The notes under the pieces were generated by a model. That model was not told where the DNA came from. It did no database searches and saw only the letters and a list, made by a program, of their open reading frames with translations. Of a DNA stretch of 64,000 nt, positions 10,600 through 19,723 are shown piece by piece. The position numbers were made by a program, and so were the translations under genes. Source of the DNA: an uncultured Planctomycetaceae bacterium (GTDB lineage Bacteria; Planctomycetota; Planctomycetia; Planctomycetales; Planctomycetaceae); the NCBI GenBank assembly GCA_963815195.1, contig CAWFGE010000017.1:128001-192000 (forward strand), given 5' to 3'. How positions within the stretch are numbered: position 1 is the first letter of the stretch; each line of letters starts with the position of its first letter.

Positions 10600-10968
10600 C
10601 TAAGAGTGCCGGAGGTACAGGACCAGACTGTAAACCACGACTCCACCCACGACAACCGTGGCAAATTGGAGAAGGCGGGCGGCGATGTCTTCGCGTTTGC
10701 GGGCGATGATTTGTGAGATCACGGTGACGAAGGCGACCATGAAAAACTTGTAAAACACCATGCCCTTGATGTTCCAACGGTGAAAGAAGTACGCCGCCAC
10801 CGGGTTGCCTTCGGTGAAACCGGGCTGCCGGAGGAGGAAATACGTCATAAACACGTCCAAAGCGCTCACGAGCAGAAACGCGACGGTTTCGGCCTCCAGC
10901 GGCAATTGTCCGCCGAGGAGCGACTGGCTTTTCTTTCGTTTCGTCCGTTTTCGCGTTGGCTTGGACAT
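10600..10968 (-). CDS. Small membrane protein (DUF5658-like)
   Basis: LLVSALDVFMTY...EGNPVA...YKF; three hydrophobic helices. Confidence 0.75.
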   Translation of the reverse strand: MSKPTRKRTKRKKSQSLLGGQLPLEAETVAFLLVSALDVFMTYFLLRQPGFTEGNPVAAYFFHRWNIKGMVFYKFFMVAFVTVISQIIARKREDIAARLLQFATVVVGGVVVYSLVLYLRHS

Positions 10969-10997
10969 CGGGCGGCATTCGTGGGTGATGGCTCGTT

Positions 10998-11327
10998 TCG
11001 GTTTCCTGAAAACGTGCAGGAACTGACGTGACAAGTCGCCGTTTTTCGCTTGTAACGACCCACCACAACGTTCACTTTCGGGAGTGTTTCGAGTGCGTTC
11101 AGATACACTTGTTGGCGATCTCCGCGAGTTCCCATCCTAAGAGCGGTAAAATAATAGATCGAGATCACATCGTCGTCTTGTCGCAGTAACTCGAAGTATT
11201 TCTGAAGGTTAAGCCATTTGTGGGCCGTCCCCTTTATTGATCCATTGTACATGTTGAAGCCATCAACATACACAAAGCTGCGGGGTTTTGGATTTTTCGT
11301 GAACGAATTCCCTTGATTTTGCGTCAT
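10998..11327 (-). pseudogene. Truncated NYN (LabA/DUF88, PIN-like) nuclease
   Basis: VYVDGFNMY...KWLNL...IYYFTA...RQQVYLNALETLPKVNVVVGRY. The C-terminal EKxxDV and SGDSD acidic motifs are absent. Low GC. The 3' boundary is approximate. Confidence 0.75.
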
Positions 11328-11671
11328 CACAATATAAACTTCCTGCTGGATTTGACGATAAATGAAAACGACTCCCCGGCGTTTTTGCCGGTTAGGCGAC
11401 CTATATGGTCGCTTTTTTATTTGGCGACATCCAAATAGCCTCGCCACGACCACGCCTCCCCGCGATCATTCCGGGTTTTTCCCCAACTCCGTGAATGTCA
11501 TTTTTGCAAAAACGGATCCGAAATGCTTTGTAAACTTTGCATTTTCGGAAGAATCCGCAGTCCCAGCCCTCGGAATTCCCCTAGAGGTCGTTTTTCACAA
11601 GTCGTTTTATAATAACATGTTGCGGAATATGCCTGCCTCAATTCCCCATTTTCGCGGTCCGAAAATCCCCA

Positions 11672-11688
11672 CTGGCACACGGCGTGCT
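11672..11688 (+). promoter_or_regulatory. sigma54-type -24/-12 promoter
   Basis: CTGGCACACGGCGTGCT: GG(11674-5)-N10-GC(11686-7), close to the YTGGCAC-N5-TTGCW consensus. Confidence 0.6.
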
Positions 11689-11698
11689 TTGGTTTGGG

Positions 11699-11902
11699 AG
11701 CAGAGTGAGAGAGGCTCAAGAGATGCAAAAACAAGGGTGAGAGCTTGTTTCCCGCGACACTCTTGAGCAGAGAAAGAGAGAGAAATTGACCCGCCGGCCC
11801 GTGGAGACGGGCCTCCCCCACCTCAACATTGGCACCCCCCGTGCCACACTCCCCGACAGAGCCAAGAGGATTCCCGCATCCTCTTGGCTCCTTTCCTTTT
11901 TT
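11699..11902 (+). ncRNA. Candidate ~200-nt structured sRNA or leader RNA
   Basis: Three hairpins (11714-11768, 11796-11813, 11830-11846) and a terminator, directly downstream of the sigma54 motif; no long ORF. Confidence 0.55.
11859..11902 (+). terminator. Intrinsic terminator
   Basis: GAGCCAAGAGGAT-tcccgc-ATCCTCTTGGCTC followed by CTTTCCTTTTTT. Confidence 0.8.
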
Positions 11903-12330
11903 GGATCCCATTGAACCTTCCCGCAAACCGCGTGTCCATTTCTGTGCCGTGACAATGAGTCGGAACCGGGGCTAGTTTTCAAACGGTTTTCGCGTCGGAA
12001 AGAACGTGATTGATATGAGCCTGACTCCGGCGTAAAATCAAAGTGAAATACACGGGGGCTTCCCATCAACGAAGCCCTTGATCGAATGCCATCCATTCAG
12101 GGTCGTTGCCGATTGTTGGATCGCCCAGCCGTTATTCAAACATTTCTCGCGGAACTTCGAGCCGAAGATTGGCCCCGAACATGCGCCATCTCAAGTGATC
12201 CCCACCTCAGTTCTTGCCCGGTCCGCCGCCTCGGCGTGATGCGGACGGGACCGCTGCTTCCAGTGATCCCCAATCTCTTTTCCCGGTGCCTTGGCCTAAT
12301 GCGCTTTCGCGATCTTTTTGCGCACGCCGT

Positions 12331-12347
12331 TTGGCACCGCCCTTGTT
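12331..12347 (+). promoter_or_regulatory. Possible sigma54 promoter of hflX
   Basis: TTGGCACCGCCCTTGTT: GG-N10-GT (non-consensus -12), about 30 nt upstream of the start codon. Confidence 0.35.
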
Positions 12348-12375
12348 CCTTTTCTGCACTGCATGAGGAAATTCC

Positions 12376-13707
12376 TTGACGCAATCTCAACGCGAACAAC
12401 TGAAAGTTCAACACCAGAAAGCGATTCTGGTGTCCGTCTTGTCCAAAGATGACCCGACGCCCAAGGAGCACGCCGTCGATGAATTGGCGGGCCTCGTGAA
12501 AACCGCCGGGGCCGAGGTTGTGGGGACGTTGGTGCAAATCCGCGAGCATCCCCATCCCGCGACCTGCCTGGGGCCGGGGAAACTGTTGGAGCTCAAGCAG
12601 CTCATCGGCATGCACGATGCGGAGTTGGTCGTGTTCGACAACCATCTCACGCCCGCCCAGGGCCGGAAGCTGGAAGAGGAAACCAAAACGATCATCGTCG
12701 ATCGCAGCGAGGTGATTCTGGACATCTTCGCCACCGCCGCCCGCACGCACGAAGCGAAACTGCAGGTGGAACTGGCCCAGCTTCTCTACTTCCGGCCGCG
12801 CTTAAAGCGGATGTGGACGCACTTGGAGCGGATTACCGGGGGCATCGGAGCCGGGCGCGGGCCGGGGGAGAAGCAGTTGGAAACCGACCGCCGGCTGCTC
12901 GACCGCCGGGTCTCCGAACTCAAGCGGAAGCTGGCCGAGATCGAAAGCCGACGCGAACGCACCGTGGCGAATCGGCACGATGACATGACGGTCTCGCTCG
13001 TGGGCTACACGAACGCCGGCAAGAGTACGCTGATGAACGCCCTCACCGGGGCCGGGGTTTACGTGGCCAACAAACTGTTCGCCACGCTCGATACCCGCAC
13101 GCGGAAGTGGAATATCCCGCACTGCGGGGATGTGCTGTTGAGCGACACCGTCGGGTTCGTGCGGAACCTGCCGCACCATCTGGTGGCGTCGTTCCGTTCG
13201 ACTTTGGAAGAAGCCCGCCGGGCCGACTTGCTTTTGCACGTCGTGGACGCGAGCCATCCCGATGCGACGCAACAGATTGAAACGGTTTACAAGGTCCTCG
13301 AAGAAATTGGCGTGGACTTTAGCAACGTCGTCCTGGTCCTCAATAAGGCCGATGCGATCAGCGACCGCTCGCTGTTGGATGTGCTCCGCCGGAAGTATGA
13401 AAACAGCATTTCGGTCAGCGCCAAAACGGGCGACGGCTTGGACCGCTTGACCGAATCCGTCATAAGCCGGCTGTCGGGCGGCTATGTCGAGGCCGAGATC
13501 CAAACCGGCGTGGGCAACGGAAAGTTGTTCGCGTATCTCGCCGAGCATGGGGAGATTCTGCGGCGGGAGTACGAGGATTCCCGCGTGACGCTCACGTGCC
13601 GATTGCCCAAGCGGCTCGCGGAAAAAATCGCGGATGCGGAGACGACGATCACCCTCCCCCACGGAGAACTCGCCGCCGCGGAAAAAAACGGCCGCGACAC
13701 GTGGTAG
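12376..13707 (+). CDS. hflX: Ribosome-splitting GTPase HflX
   Basis: ILDIFA...EAKLQVELAQL, GPGEKQLETDRR, GYTNAGKST, LFATLD, DTVGF, NKAD. Confidence 0.97.
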   Translation: MTQSQREQLKVQHQKAILVSVLSKDDPTPKEHAVDELAGLVKTAGAEVVGTLVQIREHPHPATCLGPGKLLELKQLIGMHDAELVVFDNHLTPAQGRKLEEETKTIIVDRSEVILDIFATAARTHEAKLQVELAQLLYFRPRLKRMWTHLERITGGIGAGRGPGEKQLETDRRLLDRRVSELKRKLAEIESRRERTVANRHDDMTVSLVGYTNAGKSTLMNALTGAGVYVANKLFATLDTRTRKWNIPHCGDVLLSDTVGFVRNLPHHLVASFRSTLEEARRADLLLHVVDASHPDATQQIETVYKVLEEIGVDFSNVVLVLNKADAISDRSLLDVLRRKYENSISVSAKTGDGLDRLTESVISRLSGGYVEAEIQTGVGNGKLFAYLAEHGEILRREYEDSRVTLTCRLPKRLAEKIADAETTITLPHGELAAAEKNGRDTW

Positions 13708-13813
13708 TTTGGACGGATTGGTAAAACCGGCGAAGTTGGTGTTGTGCAATTTTCGGGTTTTGTACAATACGGGGAAACGAGTCTGCCGTTTCCCCTTTTA
13801 GGAGGCAAATCCG

Positions 13814-14323
13814 ATGCTTCGACGTTTGACGAGAAACACGCTGCCGGCCCTGCTCTTGTTTTCGATCGCGACCGTGTCCTTGGCCCAGGATCAGGCTCCG
13901 AAGTCCAAGAACGGCGGCCAAGAGCCCAGCCGGGAAGATTTGGAAAAGCAATTCAGCGAGAAGATGGCGAACTCGGTCCTGGTCGGCCAGTTTACCGTGG
14001 ACGGCCAGAACACGACTCCAAAGCCCGAGCGGTACGAAATTGAAAGCGTCACCAAGACCAAGGACGATTATTGGACGTTCCTGGCCCGCGTCAAATACGG
14101 GAAAGTGGACGCCAAGGTTCCGATCACGGTCAAAATCCTCTGGGCGGGCGACACGCCGGTGGTCTCGCTCACCGACTTGACCATTCCGGGCATGGGCACG
14201 TTCACCGCGCGGGTCCTGTTTTACGAAGACCGCTACGCCGGCACCTGGCAGCACGGCAAAGTCGGCGGCAATCTGTTCGGCCGCATCGAAAAAGCCAACG
14301 CCGAAGGCGCCAAGCAGGAATAA
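13814..14323 (+). CDS. Secreted hypothetical protein
   Basis: AGGAGG SD; signal peptide; beta-rich body (WAGDTPVVSLTDLTIPGMGTFTARV). Confidence 0.85.
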   Translation: MLRRLTRNTLPALLLFSIATVSLAQDQAPKSKNGGQEPSREDLEKQFSEKMANSVLVGQFTVDGQNTTPKPERYEIESVTKTKDDYWTFLARVKYGKVDAKVPITVKILWAGDTPVVSLTDLTIPGMGTFTARVLFYEDRYAGTWQHGKVGGNLFGRIEKANAEGAKQE

Positions 14324-14362
14324 ACGATTCCGCGAGGTTCCTCTCAGACGCTTTCGAGTTTG

Positions 14363-14510
14363 ACGCAAAGGCGCAAAGAGAAACTTCTGCTTAATCATTC
14401 GTGCCGATTAGAGCAGACCAATGTTCTCTTGATTTCGCCGAATGGAAAAATGGAATGACACGCACCACTCCTTTGCGTTCGCTGCGTCTTCCCTTTGCGC
14501 CTTTGCGTTA
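14363..14510. repeat. Degenerate (A)CGCAAAG(G) short-unit inverted repeat
   Basis: ACGCAAAGGCGCAAAG at ~14364 and CTTTGCGCCTTTGCGT at ~14493; similar GACGCAAAG/CTTTGCGTC units at 22278-22345. Confidence 0.55.
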
Positions 14511-14681
14511 AAAACCGGGCGGCGGGAAATGTTTTGACTCCGTGGGATTTGCATTCGATCCTGCCGGTTGGTATGACCTGACGATTCCGTCCTGAATTGA
14601 GTTTCCTTCCTCGAACGACAGCACTTGAAGATCGGCCGCCTCGACAGATTGCGCCGTCTTCCCTTTTGAAGCCTACTCCTG

Positions 14682-15131
14682 ATGAGCAACAGATTGGGTG
14701 TCCGCGTGGGGCGGGTTCCGTATGGGCGGGGCGTGTTCGCGACGCGGACATTTTCCCGGGGCGAACTGGTGGCCGTGATCGCGGGCGAAGTCATCGACGA
14801 TGCCGACTACTCCTCCGACTACTGCATGGATTTGGGCGGCACGCTTTCGCTCGAGCCGGGTGCCCCGTTCCGCTACATCAACCACAGTTGCGAGCCGAAC
14901 GCCCAGTTGTTTCTGGTCCCGCCCGAGCGTCCCGACGACGACCCGGTGCCGGTGATGATTTTGGAGGCCGTCCGCACGATTCGGCCCGGCGATCAGGTGA
15001 CCATCGATTACGCCTGGCCCGCCGAGCATGCGATTGCCTGCCATTGCCGAAGTTCCAAATGCCGGGGCTGGATCGTGGACCGCGATCAATTGCAGGAGCT
15101 TCTCGACCGGGAGCCGGATCCGGCACGTTAA
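14682..15131 (+). CDS. SET-domain protein-lysine methyltransferase with post-SET zinc motif
   Basis: GRGVFA, RYINHSCEPN, IRPGDQVTIDY, CHCRSSKCRG. Confidence 0.92.
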   Translation: MSNRLGVRVGRVPYGRGVFATRTFSRGELVAVIAGEVIDDADYSSDYCMDLGGTLSLEPGAPFRYINHSCEPNAQLFLVPPERPDDDPVPVMILEAVRTIRPGDQVTIDYAWPAEHAIACHCRSSKCRGWIVDRDQLQELLDREPDPAR

Positions 15132-15159
15132 CCTTGGGCGCACGAAACCGGGAGGACGC

Positions 15160-16086
15160 ATGACCGACAACGCGAAGCTCAATCATCCCTGGCTGGTCGC
15201 GGTTTGGCCCGGCATGGGGCACGTGGCGGTGAGTGCGGGCTATTATCTGATGGCGAAGCTCGGCATGGAGCTTCTCGCGGAGTTCTCGCCCGCCGAGGTA
15301 TTCGACGTCGAGCACGTGGATGTCAAAGATGGAATCATCCAGCCGGTCCAGCGGCCGCGGAGCCGGTTGTTCGTCCGCCACGACCCGGACGGCGAGCGGG
15401 ACATCGTGGTGTTCATCGGCGAAGCCCAGCCGCAGGCCGGGAAGTACGCCTTCTGCCACAAGCTGATCGAGACCGCGAAAGACCTCGGCGTCGAGCGGGT
15501 CTTCACGTTTGCGGCCATGGCCACGCAGATGCACCCCGAGCACGAATCGCGGCTGTTCGCCGCCGCCACGGATGAAGCCAGCCTCGGGGAGTTGCGGCAG
15601 TTGGAACTCACGCTTTTGGAGGATGGGCACATCGGCGGTCTCAACGGCGTGCTCTTGGGGGCAGCGGCGGAAGCCGGTTTGCCGGGCGTTTGCCTGTTGG
15701 GCGAAATGCCCCACATCTTTCTGCAATTCCCCTTTCCCAAGGCGTCGCTCGCGGTGCTGGAGACATTCACCACCATCGCCGGGCTCACGCTCGACATGAC
15801 GAACCTGTCCGCAGAGGCCGAAGCGATGGACCAGAAGCTGGGCGAAATGCTGGCCCGCGTGCAAGAGGCGATGGCCCAAGGCGAATCCATCGAAGAGGAC
15901 TACAGCCCCGAACCGCCGGAGGAACCCGCCCTCTCCGCCCAAGACGAGCGGCGAATCGAAGACCTTTTCGATCGGGCGGAAAAAGACCGCTCCAAAGCCT
16001 ACGAACTCAAGCAGGAACTGGATCGGCTGGACGTTTTCAAAGATTACGAGGATCGCTTCCTCGATCTGTTCAAGCCGCCGGAGTAA
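15160..16086 (+). CDS. PAC2-family (proteasome assembly chaperone-like) protein
   Basis: GGAGG SD; WPGMGHVA, FIGEAQP, IGGLNGVLLG, CLLGEMP...PFPKAS. Confidence 0.85.
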   Translation: MTDNAKLNHPWLVAVWPGMGHVAVSAGYYLMAKLGMELLAEFSPAEVFDVEHVDVKDGIIQPVQRPRSRLFVRHDPDGERDIVVFIGEAQPQAGKYAFCHKLIETAKDLGVERVFTFAAMATQMHPEHESRLFAAATDEASLGELRQLELTLLEDGHIGGLNGVLLGAAAEAGLPGVCLLGEMPHIFLQFPFPKASLAVLETFTTIAGLTLDMTNLSAEAEAMDQKLGEMLARVQEAMAQGESIEEDYSPEPPEEPALSAQDERRIEDLFDRAEKDRSKAYELKQELDRLDVFKDYEDRFLDLFKPPE

Positions 16087-16105
16087 CGCTCGGCATCGCG
16101 CGCGG

Positions 16106-16309
16106 TCACTTCTTCGCCGATTCCTGATGGCTTTTCCGGACGACGGTTTCCGTTGGGCCCACGCTCTGTTCATCGTCTTGGTAGCTAATATGGGCCACGG
16201 CTTGGGCCATTTTTTCCCCGCAGCATTCGGGGACTTCACTTTCGTGCTCAGCACTCAAAACGCGGCCGCATTTCTGGCAGTGGTAAATATCGACATCATG
16301 GATCGTCAT
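16106..16309 (-). CDS. Small desulforedoxin-like/Zn-ribbon protein
   Basis: AAGGAG SD; YHCQKCG...PECCGEKM (CxxC-x12-CC). Confidence 0.75.
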   Translation of the reverse strand: MTIHDVDIYHCQKCGRVLSAEHESEVPECCGEKMAQAVAHISYQDDEQSVGPTETVVRKSHQESAKK

Positions 16310-16464
16310 CGTCGTGTCTCCTTGACTTGAGGGACGGGCATGAAAAAACCTCTCAGGGATTCTTCCCGAGAGGCTGCCATCGCCGGGCGGAGGCGCTTTT
16401 GCGCGGATCTTCGCGCCGAAACGTGGAGCCTCCTCAATGAATCATAGATCCGGACCACAAATTG

Positions 16465-18072
16465 TCAATGGCCTTTGTGAATGAGCGCTTTGCCGGCGCG
16501 GGCCCCAGTGGGAGTGCCGCGAAAGACCGCGGGCTGACCGTTGACATACACGTAACGAATGCCCAAGGAATACTGGTGCGGGTTGTCGAAGGTGGCCGCG
16601 TCGCGGATGGTCTTGGGATCGAACACAACGATGTCCGCGGCTTTTCCGGTTTCGATCGAACCGCGATCGGCGAGGCCCAAAATCTTCGCGGGAAGCGAAG
16701 TCGCGCTTCGCACCGCGGCTTCCAGGGGCAGGACTTTTTCCTCGACGGCGTAGTAGCCGATCTTCCGGGAAAAGGTGCCGTAGTTGCGGGGATGCGGCCG
16801 ATCGGCACCGGGCAGATACGACCGACCGTCCGATGCCGTCGCCACCCAGGGGACCTGCATGACATGCCGGACGTCGGCTTCGTCCATGCTGAAGTTGACG
16901 ACCGACGCCCCGCCGCTTTTGGCGATGATGACGCCGATGTCGGTGGGCGATTGCTTTTCGGTCTCGGCGATCTCGGCCAGGCTTTTGCCGACCCAATCCT
17001 GCCGCTTCCCATAGCGGGCAATGCGAATCGCCGCCCCGCCGTCGCGCTTTTCCAGGTTGCCCGTCATCTCCTGGCGAATCCGCGTGGACAACTGCGGATC
17101 GTCCAATCGCTTGATCAATTCCTTGCGTCCGCCCTCGAGCGCCCAACTCGGAATGATCGTCGCATCCAACGAGGTGCTCGAGGCGATGTAAGGATACTGA
17201 TCCGCCGTCACAATCTGCCCGCGCGACCGGGCGGCTTCAACCTGATCGACCGCCCGGCGAACGAGACCCCACGCGTCCCGCCCCGTCGATTTGAAATGCG
17301 AGATGTGCACCGGCAGCTTGGCGTCTTTGCCGATGCGAAGCGCCTCGTCCACCGCCGCCAAGAGGTTCGTGCTCTCGTTGCGGATGTGGCTTGCATAGAT
17401 GCCTTTGTGCTTCGCGATGACTCTGGCGATTTCGATGAGTTCCCCGGTCTCGGCGTAGGTTCCAGGGACGTAGATCAACCCCGTGGACATGCCCCAGGCT
17501 CCATCCTGCATGGCTTGGTCGGCCAGTTGCCGCATGCGTTCGAGTTCTTCGTCCGTCGGAGCCCGCAAGGCGGAGCCCATCACCTCGCTCCGCAAAGAAC
17601 CGTGCGCCAGCAAATGCGCGATGTTCGTGCCCACGCCGACGGCTTTGAGTTTTTTGTGATAGTCGGCCACATCCACCGGACCGAACCCGCAGTTCCCGGT
17701 GACGACCGTGGTGCAACCCTGGGTGAGATAATTCACCAGCCCCGAAAGCTGCGGATCGATCGCCTGGTAGTCGCTGTGGTTGTGCAGATCGATAAAGCCC
17801 GGCGAAATCACCAGGCCTTGGCAGTCCAGTGTCAGGGCCACATCGCCCAACTTAAACTTTCCCACGCCCACAATCTTGTCGCCCTGGATCGCCACATCCC
17901 CAACGGCGCCCGGCTTCCCGGAGCCGTCCACAATTGTCCCGCCCTTGAGAAGAATTTCCGCATTCACCGGCTTCTCCTGGGCAGAAAGAACGCCAACGCC
18001 CAGCGGACTGAAGAGAAGAACAATCGCAAGAACGAACGGCGTGAGTTGTCGATTGGAACGGGCGAGTCTCAT
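16465..18072 (-). CDS. N-acyl-D-amino-acid deacylase (D-aminoacylase family), signal peptide
   Basis: PGFIDLHNHSD, GNCG, GMSTGLIYVPG, SHIRNE, HISHFK, DQYPY, PHPRNYGTF. Confidence 0.93.
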   Translation of the reverse strand: MRLARSNRQLTPFVLAIVLLFSPLGVGVLSAQEKPVNAEILLKGGTIVDGSGKPGAVGDVAIQGDKIVGVGKFKLGDVALTLDCQGLVISPGFIDLHNHSDYQAIDPQLSGLVNYLTQGCTTVVTGNCGFGPVDVADYHKKLKAVGVGTNIAHLLAHGSLRSEVMGSALRAPTDEELERMRQLADQAMQDGAWGMSTGLIYVPGTYAETGELIEIARVIAKHKGIYASHIRNESTNLLAAVDEALRIGKDAKLPVHISHFKSTGRDAWGLVRRAVDQVEAARSRGQIVTADQYPYIASSTSLDATIIPSWALEGGRKELIKRLDDPQLSTRIRQEMTGNLEKRDGGAAIRIARYGKRQDWVGKSLAEIAETEKQSPTDIGVIIAKSGGASVVNFSMDEADVRHVMQVPWVATASDGRSYLPGADRPHPRNYGTFSRKIGYYAVEEKVLPLEAAVRSATSLPAKILGLADRGSIETGKAADIVVFDPKTIRDAATFDNPHQYSLGIRYVYVNGQPAVFRGTPTGARAGKALIHKGH

Positions 18073-18212
18073 CCATCTTCCTCCGATGTGGTGATGCTGA
18101 TGGCCAGCGGGCGAGATAATGAATGATCCTGCCAACAAACGATTCCGCCGTCAACTGTTTCGTTCCCTGGCGTGTGCCACTGGCTCCGCCGGTGCGGTTT
18201 AGCAAACGGGTC

Positions 18213-18290
18213 GGGTGGCACGTCCCTGAGCGCAGCGAAGGGCGTGGCGACCTCCAGACCACGCCCTTCGTTCCTCAGGGCGTGCCACCC
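18213..18290. repeat. REP-like long palindrome
   Basis: GGGTGGCACGTCCCTGAG...CGAAGGGCGTGG / CCACGCCCTTCG...CTCAGGGCGTGCCACCC. Confidence 0.75.
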
Positions 18291-18431
18291 AAGTTCGTAC
18301 CTGCTTCTGTAAGACACATGCGGCCGGATCGTTACAGACACGTTACACCGTCCTTACGGAGAAGCGACTACAATGCGAGGCGTGGGGGAAGTGGTTTCCC
18401 ATCCCGTACCCAAATCTCTTGGAGGTGACTC

Positions 18432-19589
18432 ATGGTTCGACGTTTCATGACTCTGGCAATGGCGGCCGCGTTGATTTCCGGCGGCATACTTCAGGCCGAG
18501 ACCAAGACCAAGCCGGCGGCTGATAAAGCGGCCGCTTCGAAAGCCGATCAAGGCGCTCCGCTCGTGCAGATGGCGATTCTGCTCGACAACAGCGGCAGCA
18601 TGAGCGGGCTGATCAACCAGGCCCGCCAGCATTTGTGGAAGATCGTCAACGAGTTCGCCACCGTCCGGCGGAACGGCCAAGTGCCCCGGCTCGAGGTCGC
18701 CCTCTACAAATACGCCAACGGCAAGCCCGAGCGTCTCGTGGAGTTCACCGAGGATCTCGACAAGGTCTCGGAGATGCTGTTCGCGACCAAGATCGAAGGC
18801 GGCTCCGAATTCTGCGGCCAGGTGATCCAGGCGGCGGTGGATGAACTCCAGTGGTCCAAGGCCGACGCCGACCTCAAGTGCATTTTCATCGCCGGGAACG
18901 AACCCTTCACGCAAGGCCCGGTGGATTACAAAGGCGCCTGCAAAAACGCGGTCGCCAAAGGCATCACCGTGAGCACGATTTTCTGCGGCAACGAAACCGA
19001 AGGTGAAAACGGCAAATGGCACGATGGCGCGGTGCTCGCGGACGGGACGTTCGTCAATATCGATCAAAACCAGGCCGTCGTCGTGATCGAAACGCCCCAG
19101 GACAAGAAAATCGCGAAGTTGAGCGAGAAACTCAACACGACTTATATCGCGTTCGGTTCGACGGAGAAGCGCAAAGAGTTCACGGCCAATCAAGCCGCCC
19201 AGGATTTCAACGCTGTCAAACTCAATTCCTACGCGGTCGCGGGACGGGCGGCGGCGAAGGCCTCGATGCTCTATAACTGCGAATGGGATCTGCTGGATGC
19301 CTGCCGGCTGGGTCAGGTGAAACTGGAAGAAGTCAAAAAGGAAGACCTGCCCAAGGAACTGCAAAAACTCTCCCAAGAGGAACTCAAAACCTATGTGGAG
19401 AAAAAGCAGGCCGAGCGGAACAAGATCCGCGATGAGATCAAGGAGTTGTCGAAGATACGCACGGCCTACATCGAAGCCGAGCAAAAGAAACTCGCCAAGA
19501 CCGATCCCGCCGCGCAGGCGTTGGACGCGGCGATCATCCAATCCGTCCGCACCCAAGCCGTGCGGAAGAACTACACGATCCAGAAGTAG
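18432..19589 (+). CDS. Secreted vWA (MIDAS) domain protein
   Basis: GGAGG SD; signal peptide; LLDNSGSM, GGSEFCG, IFIAGNEPF. Confidence 0.9.
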   Translation: MVRRFMTLAMAAALISGGILQAETKTKPAADKAAASKADQGAPLVQMAILLDNSGSMSGLINQARQHLWKIVNEFATVRRNGQVPRLEVALYKYANGKPERLVEFTEDLDKVSEMLFATKIEGGSEFCGQVIQAAVDELQWSKADADLKCIFIAGNEPFTQGPVDYKGACKNAVAKGITVSTIFCGNETEGENGKWHDGAVLADGTFVNIDQNQAVVVIETPQDKKIAKLSEKLNTTYIAFGSTEKRKEFTANQAAQDFNAVKLNSYAVAGRAAAKASMLYNCEWDLLDACRLGQVKLEEVKKEDLPKELQKLSQEELKTYVEKKQAERNKIRDEIKELSKIRTAYIEAEQKKLAKTDPAAQALDAAIIQSVRTQAVRKNYTIQK

Positions 19590-19596
19590 TCTTCCC

Positions 19597-19688
19597 GGCG
19601 AGCGCGGGGCGTCAGCCCCAGGATCATTTTCAACAACGACACGTGCTATTTTGCGGCGCAATCCTGGGGCTGACGCCCCACGCTCGCC
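19597..19688. repeat. REP family A, inverted pair
   Basis: GGCGAGCGCGGGGCGTCAGCCCCAGGAT ... ATCCTGGGGCTGACGCCCCACGCTCGCC. Confidence 0.85.
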
Positions 19689-19723
19689 TTTTCGATTCGG
19701 ATGTTTTAATCGAGGAACTTCTC

